Origin: Octopus bimaculoides
Taxonomy: Eukaryota
Direction of reading: 5' to 3'
DNA: 64,000 nt
Assembly (NCBI RefSeq): GCF_001194135.2
Contig: NC_068997.1
Location: 4,073,074 to 4,137,073 of the forward strand
Positions 26,346 through 39,126 of the stretch are shown piece after piece. The notes beneath the pieces were generated by a model. The model made no database searches. It was not told where the DNA came from and saw only the letters and a list, made by a program, of their open reading frames with translations. A program made the translations under genes and the position numbers. Each line of letters starts with the position of its first letter. Position 1 is the stretch's first letter.

Positions 26346-28703
26346 AAGCATCAACGTCTCTATCTCTCTGTATCTCTCTCTCCTGCTACCCCTCTCTCTC
26401 TTTCAACTTCTATAGAAATTTGTTGTGTCTCTGTTTCTTACAAAAACTTTGAACACCCATATCACTGTTGAATTCTACAACTCCGCTAAGACTATTAAGT
26501 ATGTTTGCAAATTATCAGCAGATAAATAAAAGTGATGAACTTGCACAGAATGAGAGTGGAAGATACATCAGTAGCAATGAGGCTTTTTAGTGCATCTTCA
26601 ATTTTCTCATTCGCGAGAGGCACCCAGCAATCTTTCATCTGAGCGTCTATCTAGAGAATGGCCCAAGGATTATCTTTAAAGTTGTGTCAAATAGATGAAG
26701 ATGCATGAAAACTTTATCCAGAATTACCTGGAGAAACGATAGATAGCACAAGAGGAACAGTGGAGCTGATACTCTTGCAAGAGTTTACAGTGTCCATCCA
26801 AGAATGCTACTACTTACGGCTCCTTTTGCATGGAGCACGTGATCCCAAATCATTCCAATATTTGAGGAGGATAAATGGTTATGTGCGTGATAAATGGTTA
26901 TGAGCATTGGGACCTTGCATTCACTGAAGCATCAGTATCAGATTCTCCAAGGAGACTCCGTAACCTTTCTGCAATTTTACTGAAGATGTGTCAAGTTGGC
27001 AGTCCCCTACAGCTTTGGATGAAACATCTTGAGGACATGACTGAGAACGTAAAGTATGCAGTTCAACAGGCAAACCCAGATATCAATATTCAGCTCTCTG
27101 AAGCAATTTTTAACCAAACACTGATTGAAATGCAGGATCACGTTTTGGCCATGGGAAGCAAAAATTTGCTAGAGTCTGGCTCTGGACTGCCAAACACAAA
27201 CCATCAAATTAGTGATTTAACTTCAAGAGACATAACAAGAGAGATAAACTGTGATATCACCGAGTTGGCTGCATTTGTGAATGAGCATGAACCTAAACTT
27301 CTTGAACAACGCTGTGCATATGATAAAATTATTTCGTCAGCCAGAGGAAAAAGCGGAGGAATTCTCGCTTTTGATGCTCCTGGTAGCACAAGTAAAACAT
27401 TTGTAACAACATTGCTTCTCTCCAACGTAAAGCAAGCAAAAAGAATTGCAGTTGCTGTAGCATCTCCTCGCATTGCTGCTACCCTTCTTCCAAGAGGAGG
27501 AGCAGCTCATTCTTCTCTTACATTACCGCTAAACCTGGTCACAAATGACATTCCAATTTGTAACATAATCAAAGGTTCAGGGTCAGCAAAAGTGTTGCGC
27601 CAATGCCAATTGATCATTTAGGATGAATTCACCATGTCACATAGAGATGCAATGGAAGCTCTTGATAAGACCTCACAGGACATAAGAAACAACAATGCAT
27701 CTATGCGAGGAGATACATTAAATTTATCAGGAAGCTTTCAGACTTACGTTACTAGTCATTCCGAGACGAACAAGATTTGATGAAATAAAATCATGCATTT
27801 AGTCTTCACATCTATGGAATAAAGTAGAGAAGTTCTGCTTCAATATTAATGTTAGCTTTATTACATGGGGACCAATGTGCAGAAACGTTTTCAACCTGGC
27901 TCCTCCAATTAGGAAATGGGAAAGTACCACTTTATGGGAATGATGTTATCAATTTGACTCATATTGCTATCATGGTGAATTCTCCAGCTGAATTGAAGAA
28001 CGGTATTTCCAGACTTAACAATTATAATTCACATAAATGGTTGTGAAAAAGAGCAATTCTTGTTCCCAAAAATGGGACAGTAGCAAGGATTAACCATGAA
28101 TTAATGAATAATATTCCAACAGTCATAAAGAAGTACAAGTGAATTGATTCAGTCCTTGATGAACATCAAGCTGTTCATTACCCAACAGAGTTCCTTAATT
28201 CTCTTGAGCCACCTGGAACTCCTACACATAAACATTTTTCTGAAGTTTGGGACCCTAATAATACTTCTAAGAAATTTAGATCCTCTCAAATTATGCAGTG
28301 GGTTACAAGCTTGCTTGTAAAGACATTATCACCTAATGTGATACCTCTGGAGATACCTCTAGGGAAGAGGCTTTCATTCCAAGAATTCCAATCAAACCAA
28401 CAGACATGCCATTTGAGTTCAAATGAACACAATTCCCAGTGCAATTTTGTTTCGCAAGATCTATTAATAAAGCTCAAGGTCAGACTTTGAAATCTATTGG
28501 CTTGCACTTAATTGAGACTTGCTTTTCTCATGATCAGCTTTATGTTGGTTGCTCCAGGGCTGGTTGTTTGCAAAACTTATTTATCTGTGCTCCAAACCAG
28601 AAAACATAATATGTGATTTACCCAGAAGCTCTTATGTAATTTTCTTCAATATATGTAATAGAATTAATCTCTCTTCATAAAAGTGATAAATTTTGTATCT
28701 TCG

Positions 28704-28800
<97 letters not shown>

Positions 28801-28951
28801 TTGTATTATGAATTCAGAATTGATTTAATGTGCCCTAATTGAATAATAAATTGAATTTAGAATAACAGATTCCTATACAACATGTTTTGCTTTTTCTTCT
28901 GTTATATACGGAATAATTTAATTCCCGAGCAACACCGGGTGCCTCTGCTAG
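25985..28951 (+). mobile_element. Degraded, 5'-truncated Helitron (Rep plus Pif1 helicase pseudogene) with intact 3' terminus
   Basis: Rep motifs MIHGPCG..NP..CM..KCTKNYP, GYPLYRRR, DNRWV, NTHITVEFYNSAKTIKYVCK, RYISSNEA. Helicase motifs DAPGSTSKTF (Walker A degenerate), [31 protein letters not shown]; coding ends at 28639. The 3' hairpin CCCGAGCAACACCGGG is followed by CTAG|T at 28948-28952. Confidence 0.92.
28725..28800. repeat. (TAT)n/(AGT)n microsatellite inside the Helitron 3' region
   Basis: Directly visible. Confidence 0.9.
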
Positions 28952-29779
28952 TACATGAATATACATACAGCATATATTCATGTATCTAGATAAGCAAATA
29001 TTTACATATGTATGTATATATAATTATATGTGTTTGTACATATGTATGTATGTATGTATGCATGCATGCATACAAATATGTATGTATGTATATATGTATG
29101 TATGTATGTACGTATGCATGCATGCATGTATGTATGTATGTATGTATAGTTGTTTGCACAAATCCTCTTTATCTACTATGTAAACAAAAGCACGCAGACA
29201 TTGAAATACGCCGAAGATCGATATTCGTTTTCTAATCAAATACACAGCACAAAGAACATTAATGTTGGAGCTATCATTTGTTAGTTATGCGCTGTAAGTC
29301 AATGTTGTGTCCACATCTTATTGATGTCAAACTATCTCCAGCTAGGAAACCATAAAAGAAAAGAAGAAAAATAAAACAGATAGAACAGAAACCATAGACA
29401 ATTCCTGTTGAAAGACTCTGCAAAAACGACAAGAAGAATGAGTAATGCGTTAATGTAATAACAGAAAAACGAGAGAGGAAAGGTGAAAAGAGGTAGATAG
29501 AGAAAAAGAGAGAGAAGGAGAGAGGTGGAAATCAGAGTGGAAGGGAGAAACAGGGAAGTGGGGAAAAAAGAAAAATAGGTAGAAAAATAAAATGGAGGCT
29601 AAAGTTAGATTTGAACCTAAGTTTGAGTATATTTAAGGTCAGTGACCAATTGTATTGACTTTATGTGTCAGTGTAAATATAAACGGATATAGATAGATGG
29701 GTGGATAAGTAGATAAATGGATTGATTCAATGTAAATAAAACATAAAATACGAAGACTACTGGACATGAAATGTGGTGT

Positions 29780-30060
29780 CAGAGAAATAATAGAATAAAT
29801 GATTGGTGACATGAAATGATTCGGGGTGAAGTGACAGCAGATGACAGCAGATGACGGCAGGTGGTGACAGGTGAAGGCAGACACTGGAGGATGACGACAG
29901 ATGGCGGCAGGTGACGGCAGGTGACGGCAGGTGGTGGCAGGTGACGGCAGATGACGATGTGAAATGACAGAAAATGGGGGAAGACGACAGCAGATGATGG
30001 AAGATGCTGTGAAATAATGGAAAATGACAGGAAATAGCGTAAAATGACAGTAGATATTGA
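29780..30060. repeat. Degenerate ~10-bp tandem repeat (GATGACAGCA/GGTGACGGCA)
   Basis: Repeated units are visible, e.g. GATGACAGCA GATGACGGCA GGTGGTGACA and GGTGACGGCA GGTGACGGCA. Confidence 0.8.
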
Positions 30061-30564
30061 GAGATGTGAGATGTTGTGAGATAACTGTGTGAAAGATGGT
30101 TGTTGTGGTAAGTTAATGGAGGATGTTTTTGATAAGAAATGATGAGAAGTATCGTAAGATACGGTGGAACAACGGGAAATGAACTGTGATCGCACGTTGA
30201 ATAATGTGAGTTCTCACTTTCTTGAGTTCTCTCTTTCGTGAGTTCTCTCTTCGGCGTGGTGGAGAAAGAATTGGTAGGGCTGAAATGTGAACTACCTTTA
30301 CTTGCTCCTTGTACCAGCTGATTCACAGAGAAGGTGATAGAAATTAACTTGGCTTGTTGTTTATTTATCCATCCTTTAAGGAATGAAAACATTGTTCACT
30401 TCGGTGGAATTTGAACTCAGAGTGGAGTGTCGATATAAACATCGCAAAACCGTTTGTCCACGCTCAAATTCGCGTAATAACGGAATATGAGAGCCAATGT
30501 ATAAAACTTCATATACCATGACTGGAGTCTTTTGCTATAGAAACTTGATGCTATATTGCCCTAT

Positions 30565-30612
<48 letters not shown>

Positions 30613-30721
30613 AATATGGTATATATTATATGTGTGTATATATATATATATCTGGTATATATGTATATGTGTATATACATATATATGGTATATATGTATA
30701 TGTGTATATACATATGTACGT

Positions 30722-30765
<44 letters not shown>

Positions 30766-30883
30766 ACATACATACATATACACACATATACGCCCGCGCA
30801 CACATACTCTCTCCCTCTTTCTCTCTCTCCCACACATACACACACACACATAGACAAACACACATGCACACACAGACATACAC

Positions 30884-30886
<3 letters not shown>

Positions 30887-30956
<70 letters not shown>

Positions 30957-30957
30957 T
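30887..30957. repeat. (GATA)n microsatellite
   Basis: Directly visible; a second compound GATA/GACA/GACG array lies at 31989-32130. Confidence 0.95.
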
Positions 30958-31689
30958 GGGGAAGGAGACAGAATGTTCTGTGGAGTGGTGATGGAATTAA
31001 GAGTGCTCAAAAATAAACTAAAAGTGTATGAGAAAATTGTAAAGATGACAGAAATTAAAGGAATGAAAAGTAAAAGAGAAACAGTTGGAACTGGTAATGG
31101 AAGTCTTGTAGAAGACATGTACGGACAGCTTTTAGTGATTATGATTAAAGTAAGTCCAAGAAGATTTGGTGTAGGAATTAAAAGGGTCAAAGAGGAAAAT
31201 CTCAAACCGAAATATATGGAAGAATATGGATAAGTCATGAGGTGAAAAATATCGATCTTTTACATTTTAGCCATCTTTCCTGGTGCCAGACTGAATTTAT
31301 TTTGACTATTCAAAACACAGAATTATTCTTTTCCATGTTTTCAATGATTGTAAATGGATGTGACGTGATGCAATTGACTTTCTAACTGGTTTAATATCTT
31401 ATGGAGTGGAATAGCAAGTTAATATTACATTAGAATAGCAATCCGTAATGTAATAAAGTTAGTTGCGATCCACGTTGGCAGAGATTAGTCCATAGAAGGC
31501 ACGATAGAGGAAGCTTTGGCTACAGGCGATACTCCAGACAACTAAATTCTCACATACGCACGTATGTAAACACATATACACATACAGTACTATATACACA
31601 TACATAAATGTATAGTTGTATCCCATCTATCCTACTTCTTGACCGTGTAGTTGCTAGAGCATTACCTGATGACATCACACCAGATTTCG

Positions 31690-31870
31690 CCTCATTTCTC
31701 GGCCTCTGCTGGTTGCTGTGAGTTGGCGAAACTGAGACCTATCCACTCTTTGATGTTACAAGCCTGTCTTTTCTTTGGCCTGCCTTGCTTTCGTTTCAAC
31801 CTTCTTCTGTGCCCTGTAGGATTGTTTTTGCTAAGCCGGAGCTTCTTCCGACACGATGATTCCATTGTAT
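31690..31870 (-). mobile_element. LINE (RTE-like) ORF2 C-terminal fragment
   Basis: RKQGRPKKRQACNIKEWIGLSFANSQQPAE resembles the RTE C-terminal RGRPRKRWLDNIKEWTGLS motif. Confidence 0.6.
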
Positions 31871-31987
31871 AATTATATATAACTGCACAAATTAATACAG
31901 CATCCGTTGCTCGCAGACGAATATGACTTGGCAAAACATTTTCTTGGACCATCCTACGCCCTTAACCCATCGGAACATCCAGCATAT

Positions 31988-32048
<61 letters not shown>

Positions 32049-32094
32049 ACAGACAGACAGGCAGACAGACGGACGGACGGACGGACAGACATGC

Positions 32095-32132
<38 letters not shown>

Positions 32133-33109
32133 CAATGTATTAGCTCCCTGGATGGAGCCCATCACAGCTGAGTAGACTGGTGCAATGTACAATGCAGCGC
32201 CTTGTTGAAGGAGACAATGCCCGGTCCAAGAAATGAAACCAGAACTGTTCCCCTATGAACTGAACACTCAGACAACATAAGGCTACTGAATCACATAAAC
32301 ACAAACACCATAGATAATTTGTGTTTATGCTTAGATTATTACAGATGATATAGGCATCAGTCTAGGTGTGTATAAATATATATTATATAATCGTCTTGAG
32401 CACATCAATTCTTAATACGCTCCAGCAGTTTCGAAACTGAATATGCTAATCAATGTTATATTTTGCAATTGGAGAACAACTTCTTCTCTCAGACAACTGT
32501 GCCTTTATAACACCTAGATTCAGTAGGTTAAAGGGACTAAGGAACGCCAAAGAAAGAATTTCGATTTCTATTAAGTTATTGTCATACGTTTTTTGTTGTC
32601 ATTCTTTTTCATAACTGCTAGAAACGTTTAAGCGACCCACTTCAATTAAGACTGTATATATATATATATGAGATCAAGTTTATATTCATTTATCAAAATC
32701 CTCTGACAGAAATGGCAATATTTGTTATTTCCCTGGAGAACTACCAAATAGCCTCTGGTAGTTTGACAGGTACAAGACATAAAATTATTACATTGCCACA
32801 ATGCAATAGTTTTACTCACTCATGGCCGATAATTTAGGAGGTAGGATTGCCTACGCAAATATCTTACGAGTATATTTCTCTACATCTCGTTATATGGGGT
32901 CTCAGAAACCTTTATATTATATAAACACCCCTCCAAATAATCGTTTGTTTTAGTCTAAGTTCAAATCCTATTACATTCGAGGTTCGATTCTTCCAAATAA
33001 TCTATATTGGTCTTTCATCAATCAATGGTTGATCCAGAAAAACAACTATCTCTAATATACTGTGGTTCATTCTTATAATTTGTGAAATGTTATGTGGCAT
33101 ATCATCCAT

Positions 33110-33395
33110 GTACTCGAATAAGTCTCCTTGTTTGATCAGTTCGAAAGGGTTTTTATCTGGGCCTGGGGACTTCCTTAATCTCATTTGCGTCATAACTTGC
33201 ATGAAATCTGGAAACGTAGGTCTCATGTTCATCCACGGCTGGGGAGCATCATTTGGAACTGTTTTTGAGTTTCTGTTTTGGAAGGTGGCAAAATGTTCCT
33301 TCCAGTGTAGGAGTATGTTTTGTGGATTGGTGAGGATATTCGATTTGACAGCTGCTAGGAGGGATCCAGTTGATGTCCGTACTGGTCCATGTTAG
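33110..33395 (-). mobile_element. LINE RTE-clade ORF2 fragment (region just upstream of the RT core)
   Basis: GPVRTSTGSLL..ILTNPQNILLHWKEHFATFQNR...PTFPDFMQVMTQMRLRKSPGPDKNPFELIKQG matches the RTE pattern W.EHF..LLNR...PT..EV..AI.Q...KAPGPDGIP.E..K.G. Confidence 0.8.
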
Positions 33396-35069
33396 AATGT
33401 TAAAATAGAGAGAGATTGCCGGACAAGGTGACCGTCGATGGACACAATAAGGATAGCAGAAAATAACATGATGCTGGATAAGTAGAATGGTCAGATTAGT
33501 AAGATAACATGGTCCTTAGTAAAGTGTTTTTACGTTCAAGGTTTAAATTCCACCGACGTCGTCTTTACTAACATCTTTACAATGTTAAATATATTAATAC
33601 CAGTCAACTACTGATGTCAATTTACCTACCTCCTTATTTATCGTTCCATATGTTTTTCTATCTATCTACATTTCTATATTTTCTAACCTACCCATCTATC
33701 CACCAAACTTTCTGTCTTGCTGTCTATCTATGTACACACCAGTCTGTATATATTTCTCTATCAAAATATTTCACTCTCCCCTTTGTTTCACCTCTCCCTC
33801 TCTCTCTTATTACACATTCTTCACAAACATACGTTCATACAAACATCCACAAACCACTCACTATACACACACACACACATACACACACACACACACACAC
33901 ACATACACACACACACACAAAGGCATATACATACACACACGAATATACATAAGATACACCACACGAGCACACACACATACGTAAAATTACAAGTGTTTTA
34001 TGATAAGGCGATAAATGCATAATTATGCCCTCCATCTTTTAATATTTTCATTTTCATTCTTTAACGTGTATCATTATCGTAAATTCTTTCTCAAACCTAA
34101 AATACTGTCTTTTGGCCGCTAGCAAAATAGTAATCCAAAAACTAAATGGCTTCCACTTATCCATGTACAACCGTCGACATAATTGTTCTAATAAGTTTAA
34201 TCAACCGTTGAAGTTGTTTTATGGAGTTGAAGTGAAGTATGATACAGTTTGTAGCCTGAAAACATATCTAAAATAATACTTCAGTGACGGAAAATATTGC
34301 TTCGTCTTCTCAGGTATTTTAGTTAGCACACTTTGTATCATGTAGGGACTTAGTTTCATCTTCCTATAAAGCTTGGAGCGGTGTACGTGTTGTTGTTGTC
34401 ATATTGCATTGGATGATGATACTCATTGTAGTACTCGGAGTCAAAGAGGCAGTAAAAGAGTACTAGTGAGGAATATTGATTACACTGGGAAACAGGGTTT
34501 TGTTGTCTGATGCTGGAGACATGTTTCCTACTAATTCGAAGGTGTTGATTTCATGCTCTGCCACATCAAGATTTTTCACAAACTGAGATGTCCATTTTTC
34601 AACATTTCTGGTATTGTCACCATTTCTAAGGATACGTGTGACTTCAGCAAATGCGAACCTTTGTATGGAGCTTGACATAACTTTGAAAATATAGTTTTTC
34701 AATGTCATTTAAAGTAAATACAACTACAAAAGTGACGACAAAAGTTAGGATTTAAGTATCTTTAGTAAATAAAAAGTATCAAACTTGAGCAACTTTCAGT
34801 ATTTTCAACCTAAACAGTTTCAAATTTCATGATGATGACAGAAATGTCCTTTATGTTTTTGGTATTTTCAATATGCCCTTAATGTTTTGATTGTGAGGTC
34901 ACATAGGTTAAAGCTGCTTTTTGTTAAGCATGGTCAAAGAACTATAAAAAGCACTTCATGGTATCTATGCTCTTTAAAGAACTTTGCCATAACAAATCTG
35001 CATTTGCTTACTTTTATAACTGTTGACTATTCTGAAAATGCTTTCCCAGCTGACAACTGACTTCAATAC

Positions 35070-35231
35070 GTTTTGTATTTCAGAGATATGGCCAGTTGTG
35101 AGAGAAGAGAATGTAAAAACTGTCCCGATGTCTTCTGCTTATAGGGACAAAAGGCCGCTGAGCATACTTCCCGACGTGCTAAAGATTCTTTCAGCTCGCA
35201 GTCTTGTTGTTGGGTCATCATATGATGGTCA

Positions 35232-35235
<4 letters not shown>
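35070..35235 (+). mobile_element. Probable Chapaev3-like transposon deletion derivative (transposase N-terminus fused to C-terminal remnant)
   Basis: Strong acceptor TTTTGTATTTCAG just before the ATG at 35088. MASCERRECKNCPDVFC resembles the Chapaev3-type N-terminus (C.N.PDVFCYICG). It then jumps to AEHTSRRAK, similar to the C-terminal tail. Termini not delimited. Confidence 0.4.
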
Positions 35236-35263
<28 letters not shown>

Positions 35264-35324
35264 NNNNNNNNNNNNNNNNNNNNNNNNNNNNNNNNNNNNN
35301 NNNNNNNNNNTATATATATATATA

Positions 35325-37419
35325 CCGTAAATCCTCGAGTATAGTCCGCCCTTTAGTATTATACGCAGGTGATTTTTAGGGGTCAGTACCTCTGAAAAAC
35401 CTAAACCTTGTGTATAATACGCACCCTTTCTCTAACTTGAACCAAGGAGGTCTATATAACGTCCTTCGTTTGTAAACATATATAAAGTAACGTCCTTTGT
35501 TATTATTGTATATATAACATAATGCAAACGTGTAGCTTTTTTGTGCACTTTGTTTGCAGAAAATAAAGAAATAACAGTAATAACGTCAGGTCGGGAGCGC
35601 GAACCTTTCTACCTCTAGCGAACGACTTTTCTCCAGTCGACATCCATTCAGTCCATAAATCACGCAATTTGTTTTTAATCGGTTTGTTAATAGAGACATC
35701 TAATGGCTGCAATATGGCGGTCATACCCGCTGGAATGATAGCAACATCTGTTTTGTGATATTTGTTTAAATGTTTGAGTTTATCTTCACTTCTGTGGCAT
35801 CTAAAAGCATCTAGTACAAGCAAGCTGTTGTGCTGTTTAATCGTTCGACCAGGACGATTTCCCCATACAGTGTCAATCCAATCTCTAAATAACTCATCAT
35901 CCGTCCAGCCTTTTTGTTGATATCTAACAATAATCCCTTTTGGAAATTCTACGTTTTTGGGTGCTGTTTTACGTTTGAATATTATATAAGGTTTAAGTTT
36001 GGTGCCATCAGCCATACAAGCTAACATGACGGTAAAACGATTTTTTTCATGGCCCGCAGTTTTAATTGTAATTGAGGATGTACCACTGAAATCTATTGTA
36101 CTATCTGCAGGCATATAAAAGATTAATGGGATTTGGCCCGCATTACCAATCAATGACAATGGGTAATCCTTTTCCCGTCGCATTTTAATAATAAACTTTT
36201 GAAAGTTCATTATCGTCACTTCAATATCAGCTGGTAACTTTTGTGAAATGTGGGTTCGCCTCCTAATAGACAAGTCATGCCTTGACATAAAGTTACTGGC
36301 CCAGCCACGTGATGCTTTAAATTCCGACTCATTAAGTTTTATCTTTTTAGCAATGAGTTTTGCCTGCTGCCTCAAATGTACTGTATTAATGGCTATTCCA
36401 CCAAGTCTTCTTTCCTCTACCCATTCAAGCAAATTTTTATCAAGCTCAGGATGTTTGGCTTTATTCCCCCTTCTTGCCTTCATTATCTTTGGCATCTGCT
36501 TAATTTCGTCTTTATTTCTTCTCCATAACCTGACATTGCTTTCGTCAACATCAAATTTTCTTCCGGCGGCCCTATTACCATGCTCTTCAACATATGATAT
36601 AACTTCAAGTTTAAACATAGCCGAATAAGATCTATGAGGCATTTTATGGGCCTGTAATGTATAAAATGTTTTATTGAAGATTAATGTACAGGTTTAAGTC
36701 CCGCTTATAAAAAACCCTAGTGAAGACCCACAGTAGTTCAAACATTTAATACCGGTATTTAATTATCTATTGTTTGCCACCGTAACGATGCAACCTGCTA
36801 ATACAAACAGCAGGATAAACTATTTAGCGCCAGACTATTAAGCAGGCTTAGCTGAATGGAGGTGCTTGTCTCCCCCTTGTAAACATAAGGACACAGGAAA
36901 TGTGTCAAGGCCGACAGGAAGCGGTGCAGCTTCCTAGGGCTAAATAGCAGTAGTATTATTCCCTTCATGGGACTGTCACATTAAGCTGACAGCATACAAC
37001 TACTTTATTAAGCACAATTCGTGCGTAATTAAGCCAGCAGCACCTAGTCGAACACTTCCGCGCATGCGTGATACAATAATGGTGATGTTCTTAACTGTTA
37101 TATGGGAATGAAAATATGTTTGCAAATTGTTTTTGTTACATGTTATTTTGTGTTCTGAATACTTTTATCTTAATAAATGTTGCTTACTGCAAGTTATGGA
37201 TGATTCTTTTATGACTTCATTTCTTTCAGGCTTAGCTTAAGGTATTTTCGCGCCCCACATCACAAAATGCGTCTGAAAAAATATTGCCGGACAGCAAATA
37301 GAGACTCGGGCATTGCTTAGGAAATATTTTTCATTTTTAACCTCGTATATAGTACGCACTAGGGAGTTTGACCTTTAAATTTTAGGGGAAAAATGCGAAT
37401 TTTACTCGAGGATTTACAG
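35325..37419 (-). mobile_element. pogo-superfamily DNA transposon (POGK/Passer-like), ~2.1 kb, with TIRs and TA target duplication
   Basis: Left TA|CCGTAAATCCTCGAGTA; right end reverse complement CTGTAAATCCTCGAGTA, followed by TA (16/17 identical). Transposase ORF inside. Confidence 0.92.
35503..36642 (-). CDS. pogo transposase ORF (Brinker-type HTH + CENP-B HTH + DDE_1), first catalytic Asp replaced and C-terminus truncated
   Basis: RSYSAMFKLEVISYVEEHGNRAAGRKFDVDESNVRLWR (BrkDBD-like); FKASRGWASNFMSRHDLSIRRRT (CENP-B HTH); IGNAGQIP where NADQTP is expected; LVLDAFRCH and LQPLDVSINKPIK with 36 aa between the Asp residues. Homology is lost after RAPDL. An acceptor-like TACATTACAG lies just upstream of the ATG. 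Confidence 0.9.
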   Translation of the reverse strand: MPHRSYSAMFKLEVISYVEEHGNRAAGRKFDVDESNVRLWRRNKDEIKQMPKIMKARRGNKAKHPELDKNLLEWVEERRLGGIAINTVHLRQQAKLIAKKIKLNESEFKASRGWASNFMSRHDLSIRRRTHISQKLPADIEVTIMNFQKFIIKMRREKDYPLSLIGNAGQIPLIFYMPADSTIDFSGTSSITIKTAGHEKNRFTVMLACMADGTKLKPYIIFKRKTAPKNVEFPKGIIVRYQQKGWTDDELFRDWIDTVWGNRPGRTIKQHNSLLVLDAFRCHRSEDKLKHLNKYHKTDVAIIPAGMTAILQPLDVSINKPIKNKLRDLWTEWMSTGEKSFARGRKVRAPDLTLLLLFLYFLQTKCTKKLHVCIMLYIQ

Positions 37420-38087
37420 TATAAATATACATGTATAATCCCCCGCCAAAACAAAACGAAGAAAAAACACAAGAAGAAAACAACAACGCGAGGACGTCGT
37501 GCATGTAAAGTATTAATAGACGCTCGGGGAAGGAAAGAAAGGTAGTCTTACGTTTGCAGCAAAGCTCTTCTTCAGAAACGGGAGTAAGAAGTAAGTCCAA
37601 GAGAAAAGGAAGGCGGAGGGAAAAATCGCCAACGATCCACGTGTAGTTTCATTTTGAAATAGATATATTGGAATATATAGACTTTGATTTTTATTCGCAC
37701 ACATAGCAACCCCAGTTGTTAACTGTGAACTATAAACTTTTTTTTTTTTAGGCGTATCGAAATTTCATATGGGAAAATTTTACAGCCTTCTTTCTATGTC
37801 AATAAACCGCTATTGTTCCTGAAAGTTGTTCTTCATACCTTCTACGGACTGCTCGAAATTAACTTCCCATATATGCACAGCCACATGTGTTCGTATTCAT
37901 TATGAAAGAATTTCATTAATACATATTGTATGTATATTTGTGTACTATGTTACTTATATCATTTCATTAAAAATACCACGGGTGTAACGAAGTGTGGAAA
38001 CAATGGTAGTAATATGAAATAATGAATGTCGTTCAATCCATTCTTTGTTACTCGTTTCTTTATGTATATGTATATACATAAGATGGG

Positions 38088-38139
<52 letters not shown>

Positions 38140-38155
38140 TCATATTACATATATG

Positions 38156-38199
<44 letters not shown>

Positions 38200-38820
38200 T
38201 GTGTATGTGTGTGTGTGTGTGTACATACATATATAGATACAGGTATGCTGTTTGGATTTGGCGTCTACCGATTTTCTGAGAATGAAATATATCGATCTAT
38301 TTCGGAATAACTCCACATCCCACCGAACCCCTCCTACAATAGGGATTTCATTTCACTGAGATAAGGAGGCTGTAGTAGGGAGGGGATAACCAAACCAAAA
38401 AATTCGTTACTTTCAATATTTGTGTTTTATTTAATACCAGAAACAGATGGAAGCATTGCGATTGAGACGTGTCAACGTCGTCTTTTACGCAATTGTATGA
38501 ATGCTATCAGTCGGATACATCAACAAAGAGTACGGAACAAGGCAAGGACATTAAAATGATTTTAATGTTTTGTGAGGACCAATAACAGGAATAATAGCGA
38601 ATGGAACCCTAATGGCTTCCATATTGTTATGTAGCGTGTAGAAAGAGATATCGTGTTGTCTAGGAAGGAGAGGACAGGCTGAAGATATTATCTCCCAATC
38701 GGAAGCGGAAATGACCTTTTATCAAAGTTATCATCTTGATAGATATCTGAAGAGTACTTTACTCAAGCCATAACTGATATGTTTGTGTACGTGTGGCTGA
38801 ATGTGTGTGTTATGTGAGTG

Positions 38821-38851
<31 letters not shown>

Positions 38852-38983
38852 GTGTGAGTTTTGTGCGAGTGTGTTGTATGTGTGTTGTGTGAGTGTGAAT
38901 GAGTTTTTGTAAGTATGTGCATGCATATATATATATACATATGTGCACATATTATATGTATAATCACATAACATATGTATATA

Positions 38984-39077
<94 letters not shown>

Positions 39078-39091
39078 CATACTTATTATAT

Positions 39092-39126
<35 letters not shown>

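Noticed and set aside
33002-33232. RPTFPDF motif resembling a tyrosine-kinase C-terminus
   Set aside because: The upstream frame (WKEHF...NR) and KSPGPD identify RTE LINE ORF2 instead.
34314-34466. Possible final TM exon of the tetraspan candidate (GILVSTLCIM* or VRVVVVILHWMMILIVVLGV)
   Set aside because: The phase-compatible frame stops after 10 codons. The hydrophobic frame comes from GTT/GAT repeats and is out of phase.
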